Part shown: in pieces, positions 36,835-47,576 of the stretch
Numbering within the stretch: the stretch's first letter is position 1
How the letters are laid out: each line of letters starts with the position of its first letter
Assembly: GCA_902613995.1 (NCBI GenBank)
Contig: CACMJG010000003.1
Coordinates: forward strand, 134,054 to 198,053
Source: an uncultured Alphaproteobacteria bacterium
GTDB taxonomy: Bacteria > Pseudomonadota > Alphaproteobacteria > Methylaequorales > Methylaequoraceae
Direction: 5' to 3'
DNA length: 64,000 nt
Translations under genes and position numbers: made by a program
The notes under the pieces: generated by a model
Database searches by the model: none
The model's input: only the letters and a program-made list of their open reading frames with translations
What the model was told of the DNA's origin: nothing

Positions 36835-37941
36835 GTGATTAATAACATAAACCCTTTAAAAAATTATAATTGGTGGAGTAATATTGATAAATTAATACTC
36901 ATTTCTACTCTTCTACTTTTGCTTTTTGGTGTTATATCAATGTCTAGCATCAATCAGCATTTTGACGGAAAGTTTTATTTTCCACCTGATCTTCTTCTAA
37001 AAAAACATTTAATATTTTGTGTTGTTGGTTTAGCAATAATTTTTGTATTATCCCAATTATCATTAAAACAAGCAATCTACATCTCCTTATTCATTTTTGT
37101 TTTAAGTATTGTTTTATGTGTTGCTGCTATTTTTTTCTTCCCAGAAACAAAAGGTGCAAATAGATGGATTAAATTTTATAACTTTTCATTCCAGCCATCC
37201 GAACTTCTCAAACCATCATTTATTGTTATAAGTGCCGTATTGCTTGGGAGGTATAAAATCAAAAATGATTATTCATTTATCTTAAATATTTTATGTTTAA
37301 TAATTATCTCTTCTCTTTTAATTCTTCAACCTGATTTTGGAATGTTTATTTTGATATTTGCAGTTTGGTTAATACAAATTTTATCTTCAAATATTAATTT
37401 AAAAATAATAATTCCAATTGTTTTAAGTTTTATTTTAGTTTTTTTATTATGTTTTTTTACTCTAGAACATGTAAAATTTAGGATTATGAATTTTTTCTTT
37501 TCTGAAGTTGGAGATAATTATCAAATATCTAAATCTTTAGACTCTTTTGAAAATGGAGGATTGTTTGGTAAAGGGATTGGAGAAGGAACTATCGCCCAGA
37601 ATCTTCCAGATGTGCACTCTGATTTTATCTTTGCTTTGATTGGTGAAGAGTTAGGTGGATTTTTTGCAATTTTAATTATAGGAGTATATATTGCAATTTA
37701 TATACGAATTAATATCATATCTCAAAAATCCAATAATTTCTTCATTGTTAATGCACTAACAGGGTTAGCAAATATTTTTATTTTTCAAGCAATAATAAAT
37801 ATTTCCTCATCACTAAATATAATTCCCACAAAAGGAATGACTTTACCCTTTATTTCTTATGGCGGTTCATCATTTATTTCAAGTTCAATTATAGTTGGAT
37901 TTATACTATTACTAATAAAAGAAGAGAAAAATGGGAAGTAA
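36835..37941 (+). CDS. ftsW: SEDS peptidoglycan polymerase FtsW
   Basis: 368 aa with about 10 TM segments. FQPSELLK and TKGMTLPFISYGGSS motifs. GTG start. Confidence 0.9.
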   Translation: MINNINPLKNYNWWSNIDKLILISTLLLLLFGVISMSSINQHFDGKFYFPPDLLLKKHLIFCVVGLAIIFVLSQLSLKQAIYISLFIFVLSIVLCVAAIFFFPETKGANRWIKFYNFSFQPSELLKPSFIVISAVLLGRYKIKNDYSFILNILCLIIISSLLILQPDFGMFILIFAVWLIQILSSNINLKIIIPIVLSFILVFLLCFFTLEHVKFRIMNFFFSEVGDNYQISKSLDSFENGGLFGKGIGEGTIAQNLPDVHSDFIFALIGEELGGFFAILIIGVYIAIYIRINIISQKSNNFFIVNALTGLANIFIFQAIINISSSLNIIPTKGMTLPFISYGGSSFISSSIIVGFILLLIKEEKNGK

Positions 37942-38965
37942 AGTTTTTCTAATAGCTGGTGGATCAGGAGGTCATCTTTTCCCCGCAATATCTCTTACAG
38001 AAACTGATAAAACTTTTGATTATTATTTTTTGATAGATCATAGAATAGAAAAGATTATTAGAAAGAAGAAACTTAAATATTTCAAAATATTTTCTTCTTC
38101 ATTAAAAATTAATCCACTATTACCAATCATGCTTGCAAAAATTATTTTAGGTTTTTTACAGTCTTTATTTATTTTTATAAAGCACAAACCAAATATCGTA
38201 GTTGGTTTTGGGGGATACACCTCTATACCTTCTATACTTGCAGCAAAAATTTTAAAAATTAAAATACTAATTCATGAACAAAACGCAGTTATGGGAAAAA
38301 CCAATAGATTGTTATCTTATATTACTAAGAATATCGCTATAACTTTTAAAAATACGAAATACGCAAAAAATTGTTCTATTCACACTGGAATACCTGTAAG
38401 ACCAAAAAAAAGTACAAGCAGTAAATCAAATTTAAAAAGAATATTTGTGGTTGGAGGAAGTCAAGGTGCAAAAATATTTTCTAAATTGGTCCCAAGACTT
38501 ATTAAGAATTTTAGCAGCAAAGCAAAAAAAAAGTTAATCGTTGTTCAACAAGTTAGAAAAGAAGACATAGAGTTGACAATAAACTCTTATAAAGAAATGA
38601 AAATAAAATCAATAATTGAGAACTTCTTTGATGATATTTATGATCAATTCAATAAAGCAGATCTAATTATATCAAGATGTGGTTCATCAACTCTTGCAGA
38701 AATAGAGTTACACAATAAATTTTCGGTATTATTTCCTCTCCCATCCTCAACAAACAATCATCAATACTACAATGCACTTGAGTTTAAAAAAAATAACCAA
38801 TGTTTAATTTGTGATGAAAGAAAGCTTAATTTAAAAAAAATGTCTACGGAAATTGAAAAAATTGTTTTTAAAAAAAAATTACATAAAATAGAATTATCAA
38901 GAAAATTAAATCGTAAATTGTCATTATTAAATTTTATTAAAAAAATAATAGTTGAGAATGCTTAA
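37931..38965 (+). CDS. murG: lipid II-forming N-acetylglucosaminyl transferase
   Basis: 344 aa. GGSGGHLFPA N-terminus and GGSQGA block. Confidence 0.85.
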   Translation: MGSKVFLIAGGSGGHLFPAISLTETDKTFDYYFLIDHRIEKIIRKKKLKYFKIFSSSLKINPLLPIMLAKIILGFLQSLFIFIKHKPNIVVGFGGYTSIPSILAAKILKIKILIHEQNAVMGKTNRLLSYITKNIAITFKNTKYAKNCSIHTGIPVRPKKSTSSKSNLKRIFVVGGSQGAKIFSKLVPRLIKNFSSKAKKKLIVVQQVRKEDIELTINSYKEMKIKSIIENFFDDIYDQFNKADLIISRCGSSTLAEIELHNKFSVLFPLPSSTNNHQYYNALEFKKNNQCLICDERKLNLKKMSTEIEKIVFKKKLHKIELSRKLNRKLSLLNFIKKIIVENA

Positions 38966-40355
38966 AAAAAGAAATGTTCACTTTATAGGTATCGGTGGAA
39001 TAGGAATGAGTGCAATTGCTGAGATTCTTCACAGCAAAGGATTTACAGTTACTGGAAGCGACATAGCTGATAATATAATTATTAGAAGATTAAAAAAAAA
39101 AGGTATTAAAGTTTTTTCCAAACATGCTAAACAAAACCTTGGAAACGTTGATATTGTTGTATATTCCTCTGCCGTAAAATTTTCAAATATAGAGATTAAA
39201 TCAGCCATCAAAAAAAAAATTCCATTGTATTCAAGAGCAATGATGCTTGCAGATGTAATGAGACTTAAATCCTCAATTACAGTATCAGGATCTCATGGGA
39301 AAACAACATCAACCTCACTAATTTCATGCATATTAGAAAGAGCTAATTTTGATCCGACAATAATTAATGGGGGTATCATAAATGGCATCGGTGCTAATGC
39401 AAAGTTAGGGAATGGTAAATGGATTGTTGCTGAAGCTGATGAATCAGATGGCTCATTTACAATGTTACCATCTACTATTGGAGTTATTAACAATATTGAT
39501 TTAGAACACCTTGATTATTATAAAAGTTTAGATGATATTAAAGAATCGTTCATAAAATATGCAAATAACATCCCTTTTTACGGATTTTTATCAATTAATA
39601 TTGACGACAAAAACATATTTAACATTTTTGATAAAATCAATCATAAGCAAATTTACACTTATGGTTTCTCAAAGAAAGCAAACTTCAGGGCTGCAAACAT
39701 ACAAATCATAAAAAAAAATAATATTTTTTTTTCTTGCTTTGATATCATTAATAATATTGAAAAAAAAATTTTAAAAGAAGTATTAATACCTCTTATAGGA
39801 TCTCACAATATATCTAATACTTTAGCAGCATATAGTATTTCAAAGGGTTTAAAAATTAATGACTCAATTATTAAAAATGCTTTAAAAAACTTTAAAGGTG
39901 TAAAAAGAAGATTTTCAATTATCTATAATAGCTCCGACACTATGATAATTGATGATTACGCACATCACCCTAAAGAAATTAAGATGACACTAAATGCTTT
40001 AAAAAAAATCACAAAAAATAAATTAATTGCTATTTTTGAACCCCATCGATTTAGTAGAATCAAAGAATTAAAAGAAGATTTTATAAATAGTTTTGAAAAT
40101 GCAGATATAATTTTTGTCCTACCAATTTATTCTGCTGGAGAAAAGTCCATAAAAACAATAAATAACTTTGAATTATCCAAGCTATTAAAAAAAAAATATA
40201 AAGAAAAAATAATTTCCTCAATTGATGGTACAAAATCAAATTTCAATGACATTAAAAAAATAATCTCAAGAAAAGATAATGTTATTTTTTTAGGAGCCGG
40301 TATTAGTACAATTATAGCTGAAAAATTTAAAAATTTTATAGAAAAAAATGAATAA
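38958..40355 (+). CDS. murC: UDP-MurNAc:L-Ala ligase
   Basis: HFIGIGGIGMSAIAEIL and SGSHGKTTSTS. I prefer ATG 38958 over the TTG at 38952 used in the track. Confidence 0.9.
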   Translation: MLKKRNVHFIGIGGIGMSAIAEILHSKGFTVTGSDIADNIIIRRLKKKGIKVFSKHAKQNLGNVDIVVYSSAVKFSNIEIKSAIKKKIPLYSRAMMLADVMRLKSSITVSGSHGKTTSTSLISCILERANFDPTIINGGIINGIGANAKLGNGKWIVAEADESDGSFTMLPSTIGVINNIDLEHLDYYKSLDDIKESFIKYANNIPFYGFLSINIDDKNIFNIFDKINHKQIYTYGFSKKANFRAANIQIIKKNNIFFSCFDIINNIEKKILKEVLIPLIGSHNISNTLAAYSISKGLKINDSIIKNALKNFKGVKRRFSIIYNSSDTMIIDDYAHHPKEIKMTLNALKKITKNKLIAIFEPHRFSRIKELKEDFINSFENADIIFVLPIYSAGEKSIKTINNFELSKLLKKKYKEKIISSIDGTKSNFNDIKKIISRKDNVIFLGAGISTIIAEKFKNFIEKNE

Positions 40356-41247
40356 TAAATCTTTTCTATTAAAATCTTTTAAGTTTAACTATCAACTTGG
40401 TAAAAAAACTTGGTTTGGAACTGGAGGAAATTGCAATCTATTCTTAGAAGTAAATTCAATAAATCAATTAATAAATACAATTAGAATAGCTAAGAAATTT
40501 CTTCCAATTATGGTAATTGGTTCAGGGTCGAATGTGATAATTAGAGATGGAGGTTTTAAGGGAATTGTAATAAAATTGGCAGGAAATTTCAGAAAAATTC
40601 AAATTGATGATAGTAATTCCCTACTATCTGTTGGAGCAGGTACAAAAGACTCAGAGGTTGCAAAATTTTGTGTTGAAAAAAATATTTCAGGTTTGGAGTT
40701 TTTAAGTGGTATTCCTGGAACAATAGGTGGAAATATAAAAATGAATGCAGGATGTTATGGTAATCAAATCAGTGACAATTTAATTGATTGCACGATAATT
40801 GATGAAAAACTAAAAAAAAAAATAGTAAAAAAAAAAGAAATAGACTTTCATTACAGAAAAAGTTCTTTTGATAATGGACAGATCATAATTGAAGCAAGGT
40901 TTAAAGTTCAAAAATGTAATAAATCACAAATTAAAAAAAAAATCTCAACAATATCAAATAAGAGAAAAAAATCTCAACCTGTGTCATCTAGAACAGGAGG
41001 AAGCACATTTATAAATCCTACTTCTTATCCTGCTTGGAAACTCATTGATGAAATAGATTACAGAGGCAAACAACTGGGTGGAGCAAAGGTATCAAATCTT
41101 CATTCAAATTTTCTAATAAATTACAAAAATGCTTCATCTTTAGATTTGGAAATGCTTGGTGAAGAAATCAAAAATAAAGTCTGGGAAAAAAGAAGAATTA
41201 ATTTGAAATGGGAGTTAATACGAATTGGTGAATTTAAAAAAGTCTGA
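40348..41247 (+). CDS. murB: UDP-N-acetylenolpyruvoylglucosamine reductase
   Basis: 299 aa. FAD-binding GSGSN block and GSTFINP. Confidence 0.9.
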   Translation: MNNKSFLLKSFKFNYQLGKKTWFGTGGNCNLFLEVNSINQLINTIRIAKKFLPIMVIGSGSNVIIRDGGFKGIVIKLAGNFRKIQIDDSNSLLSVGAGTKDSEVAKFCVEKNISGLEFLSGIPGTIGGNIKMNAGCYGNQISDNLIDCTIIDEKLKKKIVKKKEIDFHYRKSSFDNGQIIIEARFKVQKCNKSQIKKKISTISNKRKKSQPVSSRTGGSTFINPTSYPAWKLIDEIDYRGKQLGGAKVSNLHSNFLINYKNASSLDLEMLGEEIKNKVWEKRRINLKWELIRIGEFKKV

Positions 41248-42136
41248 AAAAATTTCAGTGTTAAGAGGCGGAATCTCTGAGGAAAAAGAGATTTCTATTT
41301 TATCTGCAAATCAAGTATATAAAACCTTACAAGAAAAATATGACACAACATTAATTGATGTTGATTATGATTGTAATAAACTAATTGATGATTTAACTAG
41401 ATCAAAACCAGATAAAGTTTTTAATTGTTTGCACGGAATATTCGGCGAAGACGGTCAATTACAATCAATTTTAAATTATTTAAAAATTCCTTATACACAT
41501 TCAGGCGTTTTGGCGTCATCAATAGCTATGAACAAAGTTGTATCAAAATACTTTTATAAATCTTTGGGAATCAGATTTCCCCAAAATTATGACATAAATA
41601 GCAAATTTACCAACTCTTCATATCCATTTATAGTTAAACCAATATGTGGTGGTTCTAGTAAAAATTTACTTAAGATTGAAAATCAAAAACAATTAAATGA
41701 TTTCAAAAACAATGATACTGACGAACTTCATAAGTACATGGCCGAAGAGTTTATTGAAGGAAGGGAAATTACGGTAGGAATACTAGAAGATAAGATATGT
41801 GGGATAATGGAAATTATCTTTGACAGTGAAATCTACGACTTTAAAAATAAATATCAGGTGATCGCTAAACATGTGCTTGAACCTAAATTGCCAGAAAATG
41901 TAAAACAAAAATTGAAAGAGATTTCTTTGAAGATTCACAGGGCACTTAATTGTAAATGTATTTCAAGATTAGATTTTAGATATAATACTAAATCAAAAGA
42001 ATTATTTCTTTTAGAGATAAATACACAACCTGGTCTGACTCAAAACTCACTTTTACCTGAAATGGCTCAAAGCAAAGGAACTGATTTCCTCAAACTATGT
42101 GAAATTTTACTAACATATGCAGAATGCGAATTTTGA
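41225..42136 (+). CDS. ddl: D-alanine:D-alanine ligase
   Basis: 303 aa. VLRGGISEEKEIS, FNCLHGIFGEDG and EINTQPG. The exact start (TTG or GTG) is uncertain. Confidence 0.9.
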   Translation: MVNLKKSEKISVLRGGISEEKEISILSANQVYKTLQEKYDTTLIDVDYDCNKLIDDLTRSKPDKVFNCLHGIFGEDGQLQSILNYLKIPYTHSGVLASSIAMNKVVSKYFYKSLGIRFPQNYDINSKFTNSSYPFIVKPICGGSSKNLLKIENQKQLNDFKNNDTDELHKYMAEEFIEGREITVGILEDKICGIMEIIFDSEIYDFKNKYQVIAKHVLEPKLPENVKQKLKEISLKIHRALNCKCISRLDFRYNTKSKELFLLEINTQPGLTQNSLLPEMAQSKGTDFLKLCEILLTYAECEF

Positions 42137-42810
42137 CAATATTGTTATTAGCGTTAGTTACAATACTTGCAGTAACTTTAGTAATAAAAAGCAATGATGT
42201 AAAAAAAATTTTCATGAAAAAAAAAATAAAAATTATTGAATTAATAAATTACGAAAAAATTTCTCAAGATTATTTCTTTAAAAAAATTAGTGTTAAACAA
42301 GGACAAAGCTTTTGGAAATTCAATCCCTTCAAATTAAAAAAAGATTTAGAAAGCTTTAATGAAATAAAAAATTTTACTTTTCAGTTAAACTGGAGTGGGA
42401 AATTACAAATCAAAATTGATGAAACAGAACCGTTTATGATTTGGATAAGAGATGAAAACATTAATTATATAGATTTTGACGGTAATATTTTAAGGTTTGA
42501 TATAGAGGAGGACAAAAATAGTATAATTAAACTATTCGGGAATAATGCTAATTTACAAATCTTAGAATTAAATAATATTTTATTAAAAAAAGAAAAAACT
42601 TTAAGAAACATAAATAGTATTTTTTACCAAAACGATATTGGATGGAAATTAATCTTTGACAACAACAAGTGTGTTTTACTTCCACTAAAAAAACTTGAAA
42701 AAGTTTTAGATATATTTCAAGATATAACAAAGTCAGAGTTGTATAGCCAATTTAATTTTTTTGATTTAAGAGTTTTTAGAAGGGTTTATATGAGTGATAA
42801 AAAATGCTAA
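42124..42810 (+). CDS. ftsQ: cell division protein FtsQ (POTRA plus beta domain)
   Basis: 228 aa with an N-terminal TM segment. Located between ddl and ftsA. Confidence 0.7.
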   Translation: MRILTILLLALVTILAVTLVIKSNDVKKIFMKKKIKIIELINYEKISQDYFFKKISVKQGQSFWKFNPFKLKKDLESFNEIKNFTFQLNWSGKLQIKIDETEPFMIWIRDENINYIDFDGNILRFDIEEDKNSIIKLFGNNANLQILELNNILLKKEKTLRNINSIFYQNDIGWKLIFDNNKCVLLPLKKLEKVLDIFQDITKSELYSQFNFFDLRVFRRVYMSDKKC

Positions 42811-44024
42811 ACATTATTCAAAGTAAAGAAAAATATTGCGTTTTTGACATTGGTACCGACAAACTAGTTTGTCTTTTTTTCAAAATTAAAGATAACAAAC
42901 CTTACATATTAGGAATGGATCATCAAAAAAGTAACGGTTTCTTAAATAACAATGAAATTGATCAACACAAACTTTCCCTGACAATTACAAACGCTGTAAA
43001 AAAAAGCCTTCCCAAAAACTCAAAAATAAGTGATTACAAATGTTTCAGCAACTTAACAGATATAAATTTAATAAGTAAAAAAAATTGCAGTGAGATTTAT
43101 TCTGGAAAAATTGCAATAACAAAAAAAGACATAAGAAAAATTTTTAAAAAATCAATTTTAGAATCAAAATTAAGAGGTAGATACCTTGTACATTCTTATC
43201 CTTTGAACTTCAGAATTAACAACAAAATTATCAATGATCCGTTAGGGCAAGAATGTGACAAATTAGGAATACTTTCATTCAATGTCTACGTTAGCTATAA
43301 TTTATTTGAAATTATAAATAAATGTTTTACCAGTCAAAAAATTAACATAAGAAGTTATTTTGACTCTGGTATAGCTTCCTCAGAAGCAAACCTAACCAAT
43401 TCAGAAAAAACTAAAGGTGTGGCATGTATCGACATTGGTGCGAAAACGTCAAAAATTACTGTCTTTGTTGACGAGAAGATTGTATACACAAAAGTAGTTG
43501 CAATTGGTGGGGAACATGTAACCAACGACATAGCTAAGGGTCTCGAGATTTCAAGAGAATCAGCAGAGCATTCAAAAATAATTTATGGAACTCTAAACCT
43601 TCCTTTTAATGAAAAAATAGAAATTAATTCAGAAAATCTTAATAACAAAATAATAAGTAGAAATTTACTTTATGGGATTATTAAGCCAAGATATGAAGAA
43701 ATATTTGAAATTATAAGAGACCTCATGTTCGATGATATTTATGCAAGAGTAAGTATTAAATCAATTGTAATCACCGGAGGTGCAAGTAAAATTTACGGAT
43801 TAAAAGACATTTCTGAAAGTATATTTAACAGAAGTGTTAGGATAGGCTCAAATAGAAATAAAGAAAGTTTTTTTCATAATAAACCTGAATTTAGTACAAT
43901 ATTAGGTTTAATAAAGTTAGCACATCAAAATAACGAGTTTAATAATTTTAATGAATTAACAAAAAATAATTTTTTTACAGCATTTGATAAACTTGAAAAT
44001 TGGATAGAAGAGAGTTACGCATAA
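42804..44024 (+). CDS. ftsA: cell division protein FtsA (actin-like ATPase)
   Basis: 406 aa. DIGTDK, IDIGAKTS and ITGGASK phosphate-binding blocks. Confidence 0.9.
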   Translation: MLNIIQSKEKYCVFDIGTDKLVCLFFKIKDNKPYILGMDHQKSNGFLNNNEIDQHKLSLTITNAVKKSLPKNSKISDYKCFSNLTDINLISKKNCSEIYSGKIAITKKDIRKIFKKSILESKLRGRYLVHSYPLNFRINNKIINDPLGQECDKLGILSFNVYVSYNLFEIINKCFTSQKINIRSYFDSGIASSEANLTNSEKTKGVACIDIGAKTSKITVFVDEKIVYTKVVAIGGEHVTNDIAKGLEISRESAEHSKIIYGTLNLPFNEKIEINSENLNNKIISRNLLYGIIKPRYEEIFEIIRDLMFDDIYARVSIKSIVITGGASKIYGLKDISESIFNRSVRIGSNRNKESFFHNKPEFSTILGLIKLAHQNNEFNNFNELTKNNFFTAFDKLENWIEESYA

Positions 44025-44090
44025 ATTTTGAAACAAATTGTAACTTTTTGTGATTTGAATATTTGTAAGAATTTCGCTAAAAAAATAATT

Positions 44091-45023
44091 ATGTTACAAG
44101 CAAATAATAAAGTTGAAAGTAAACAACTATTTATAGAATCTACACTTCCAAAGTTTTTGACTGCAATAAGACAAAAAACTCTGCAAAATGAGATAGTTTT
44201 TAAGGGGATTGGTCTTCACACAGGCAATAAAGTATCAATGAATATTTTTCCTGCAAGCGAAAATACTGGAATTGTATTTAGACGAAAGATAGGCAATAAA
44301 ATCATTTTAATTAAAGCAGACTATAGAAACGTACGGTCAACAAAGCTTTGTACTCTTTTATCAGACAGAAATGGAAATTCTGTTTCAACTGTCGAACATA
44401 TTCTATCAGCAATATATGCATTTGAAATTGATAATGTTGTTATAGAATTAACTTCAAACGAAATTCCAGTGTACGACGGATCTGCTCAAGATTTTGTAAA
44501 GAAAATTAAAGAAGTTGGTTTTGAAGAACAGGAATCCTTCAAAAAGTTTATTAAGATAAAAAAACCTGTAGAAGTAAAATTAGGGAATAAATACGCAAGA
44601 GTTTCTCCATTCGACAATACTCTTATTTCAACAGAAATAGATTATGAACACAAATTAATTGGAAAACAAAGCATTTCAGTAATGCTTACACCCCAAATTT
44701 ATGAATCTCAAATTTGTAAGGCCAGAACATTTGGTTTTCTGAAGGATGTAGAGAATCTTAGAAAAAATAAATTGGCTCTTGGAGGAAGTTTAGATAACGC
44801 AATTGTATTAGACGAAGATAAAGTGTTAAATAAAGACGGACTAAGATTTAGCGATGAATTTGTTCGTCACAAACTCCTTGACTTTATTGGTGATATTTCT
44901 CTGTCAGGTTATAGAATGTTAGGTTCTTTTTTTTCATCACATCCTGGACATGAAACAAACATTCAGCTCTTGAAGAGAGTTTTTCAATCTCCCAATAATT
45001 GGGAGCTAGTCTGTTCTAATTAA
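44091..45023 (+). CDS. lpxC: UDP-3-O-acyl-GlcNAc deacetylase
   Basis: RQKTLQNEIVFKGIGLHTG, TVEHILSA and FVRHKLLDFIGD. The track ORF starts at TTG 44028. The true start is uncertain: ATG 44091 or an internal TTG. Confidence 0.9.
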   Translation: MLQANNKVESKQLFIESTLPKFLTAIRQKTLQNEIVFKGIGLHTGNKVSMNIFPASENTGIVFRRKIGNKIILIKADYRNVRSTKLCTLLSDRNGNSVSTVEHILSAIYAFEIDNVVIELTSNEIPVYDGSAQDFVKKIKEVGFEEQESFKKFIKIKKPVEVKLGNKYARVSPFDNTLISTEIDYEHKLIGKQSISVMLTPQIYESQICKARTFGFLKDVENLRKNKLALGGSLDNAIVLDEDKVLNKDGLRFSDEFVRHKLLDFIGDISLSGYRMLGSFFSSHPGHETNIQLLKRVFQSPNNWELVCSN

Positions 45024-45071
45024 ATTAAAATCTTCTTTATAAATAAATTAAATCATTTAAAAATAATTAGC

Positions 45072-45899
45072 ATGAATATAAATATGCTAACCCTCATTTT
45101 GATTTTGTTTTTTTCTTCTTGTTCTTCAGACAAAGAAATTAAAACGTCTATATCTACATTAGATGATGTATCTTTGTATAATTTAGCAATGAAAGATTTA
45201 AAAAAACAAAAATACGAAGAAGCAATTGATAGTTTTACTGAACTTGAAATTCAATACCCCTACTCAACCTGGGCTTCAAGAGGTCAATTGATGATAGGTT
45301 TTGCTCACTATTCAGCAAACGAATATGATGAGGCAATCCTAAGTTTGAGCAAGTTTGTGGAACTTAATCCAAATCATAAATTAATACCCTATGCAATTTA
45401 TCTAAAAGCCTACTCTTATTTTGAAAGAATTCCAGACATAAATCTTGATCAAAAATTCTCAACCAGAGCTTATGAAGAATTTTCAGAATTGATCAATAGG
45501 TATCCAAGATCTAAGTATGCAGTCAAATCCAAAAAACATATAAAAAAACTAAAAAATCATTTGGCAGCAAAAGAAATTAAAGTAGGTAAATATTATCAAT
45601 CTCAAGGTGATTACCTAGCAGCCGTAAAAAGATATAAAGTTGTTTTAAAAGAATATAGACAATCGACGCAAATACCAGAATCCATTTTTAGATTAATTGA
45701 ATCTTATGTTTCCATTGGATTAATTAAGCAATCATACTATCTTTACAAAATATTAGAGTACAATTTTCCAAGATCTCAATGGACTCGTGAAGGATCAAAA
45801 ATTGTAGAACAATATAAACTTAATAAAAATTTAGCAAAATATAAAAAAAAACAACTTGATCTTAAAAAATTAAAATCATCTGACCTAGATCTACTTTAA
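45072..45899 (+). CDS. bamD: outer-membrane assembly lipoprotein BamD (YfiO), TPR-like
   Basis: 275 aa. Lipobox-like FSSC, TPR-type helices and the YP.S.Y...A motif. Confidence 0.8.
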   Translation: MNINMLTLILILFFSSCSSDKEIKTSISTLDDVSLYNLAMKDLKKQKYEEAIDSFTELEIQYPYSTWASRGQLMIGFAHYSANEYDEAILSLSKFVELNPNHKLIPYAIYLKAYSYFERIPDINLDQKFSTRAYEEFSELINRYPRSKYAVKSKKHIKKLKNHLAAKEIKVGKYYQSQGDYLAAVKRYKVVLKEYRQSTQIPESIFRLIESYVSIGLIKQSYYLYKILEYNFPRSQWTREGSKIVEQYKLNKNLAKYKKKQLDLKKLKSSDLDLL

Positions 45900-45901
45900 T
45901 T

Positions 45902-47554
45902 ATGATTAGGCATCTATCAATCAACAATTTAATGTTAATAGATAAGATCGAAATGGATTTCGGCATAGGTTTGTGTGTGTTAACTGGAGAAACTGGTGCA
46001 GGAAAATCCATGATTCTTGAATCATTAGAGCTTCTATCTGGAAGACGAGTTAAAACAAATATACGTTCAGATAATGGACAAAAAACTATAATTACGGCTT
46101 TGGTAGAAATTTCAAAATATACCTTAATTAAAAAGGTATTGGGTGAACTTGATATTAATGTTGAAGATGAAATAATTATTAAAAGAATAATCGACAGTGA
46201 TGGTAAAAGTAAGGCTTTGATAAATGATAACCTTGTTAGTTTAACAACTCTAAAAGCAGTAACCTCAAACCTTTTTGAAATTCATAGTCAGTTCTCGGAA
46301 CAGGGATTACTTGACAATTCAACACATATGTCAACATTAGATGATTTTGGTAATTACCACAGTGAATTAAAAAAACTCTCTGAAACATGGCTTGAATTGC
46401 GAGCTGCAGAAAAAAAATATGATGAAGAACGATCTAGATTTGAAGAAATTAAAAATAAGAGAGAAGAATTTGAAATATATTATGCTGAATTAAAAAATTT
46501 TGAACCAAAAAAAGGAGAATTTGAAAAACTAGAGCAAAAGAGAAAAATCTTACAGAATTCAAGAAAAATAAATGAGAATTTTAATGAGATAATAAGTAAT
46601 TTTATAAGAGAGGATCCTCCAGGGATTGAAAGATTATTTGCAAAAAATTTGCAAAAGCTCAATCAAATCCGAGAACTTTTAGATCAAAAAACAATAGCCG
46701 AGATTGAAAAACTAGATTCTATGTCGTTTGAGGTATCTGAAATTTGTAAAACACTCGAAAACTTTTTAAATCAAGAACTTGATCATAGTTCGCTAGAAAA
46801 GATAGATGATAGGGTGTCTGATTATAAAAAATTATCGCAAAAACATTCAATTGAACCTGATCTTTTAGAATCAAAATTAATTGAAATAAAAAACAGTTTA
46901 CAATTAAGCGAAGAAAGTAATTTAAATATTGAAAAACTGGCCAATAAATTAAAAGATATAGAAAAAAAATATCTAGACCAATCTCAGATAATTTCAAATC
47001 TTAGAAAAAAGAATGCTGAAATAATGGATAGTAGAATTAATGCTGAGTTTCCTGAACTTAAATTAGAGAATGCAAAATTTAAAACTATTATAAGCGATAA
47101 TGAAAATACTGAATATGGAAAAGATAAGGTTATTTTTAATATTAAAACTAATCCTAAATCGAAAATGGGTGAAATTAAAAGTATTTCATCAGGGGGAGAG
47201 CTTTGTAGGATTGCTCTAGCAATTAAAGTAACAGCAGAACAGGAAAGTGTTTCTACAATTGTGTTTGATGAAGTGGATAGTGGAATAGGTGGGGCAGTTT
47301 CAACAGCAGTTGGAGAAAGATTAAAAAAGTTAGGAAAAAATAGGCAAGTTTTGGTTGTAACACATTCTCCTCAAGTTGCCTCGCTAGGTGTTCATCACTT
47401 TCTAGTAAAAAAAAAATTACTAAATAATACTACATCTATAGAAGTTATTAAAATCGATGGGCATGACAAAACCAACGAAATAGCAAGAATGCTTTCAGGA
47501 AAACAAATTACAAATGAAGCAATTGAAGCAGCCAAAAAACTTATTGAAAGTTAA
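45902..47554 (+). CDS. recN: DNA repair protein RecN (SMC-like ATPase)
   Basis: 550 aa. GETGAGKS Walker A, a long coiled coil, SGGE signature and FDEVDSGIGG. Confidence 0.9.
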   Translation: MIRHLSINNLMLIDKIEMDFGIGLCVLTGETGAGKSMILESLELLSGRRVKTNIRSDNGQKTIITALVEISKYTLIKKVLGELDINVEDEIIIKRIIDSDGKSKALINDNLVSLTTLKAVTSNLFEIHSQFSEQGLLDNSTHMSTLDDFGNYHSELKKLSETWLELRAAEKKYDEERSRFEEIKNKREEFEIYYAELKNFEPKKGEFEKLEQKRKILQNSRKINENFNEIISNFIREDPPGIERLFAKNLQKLNQIRELLDQKTIAEIEKLDSMSFEVSEICKTLENFLNQELDHSSLEKIDDRVSDYKKLSQKHSIEPDLLESKLIEIKNSLQLSEESNLNIEKLANKLKDIEKKYLDQSQIISNLRKKNAEIMDSRINAEFPELKLENAKFKTIISDNENTEYGKDKVIFNIKTNPKSKMGEIKSISSGGELCRIALAIKVTAEQESVSTIVFDEVDSGIGGAVSTAVGERLKKLGKNRQVLVVTHSPQVASLGVHHFLVKKKLLNNTTSIEVIKIDGHDKTNEIARMLSGKQITNEAIEAAKKLIES

Positions 47555-47576
47555 TTGCTTGATAATTGTTGACGTT

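Noticed and set aside
45850-45905. Looked for an alphaproteobacterial SOS box (GTTC-N7-GTTC) ahead of recN, and likewise ahead of uvrD.
   Set aside because: recN starts 3 nt after bamD and uvrD follows metH within 12 nt. There is no spacer and no matching motif in the adjacent coding ends.
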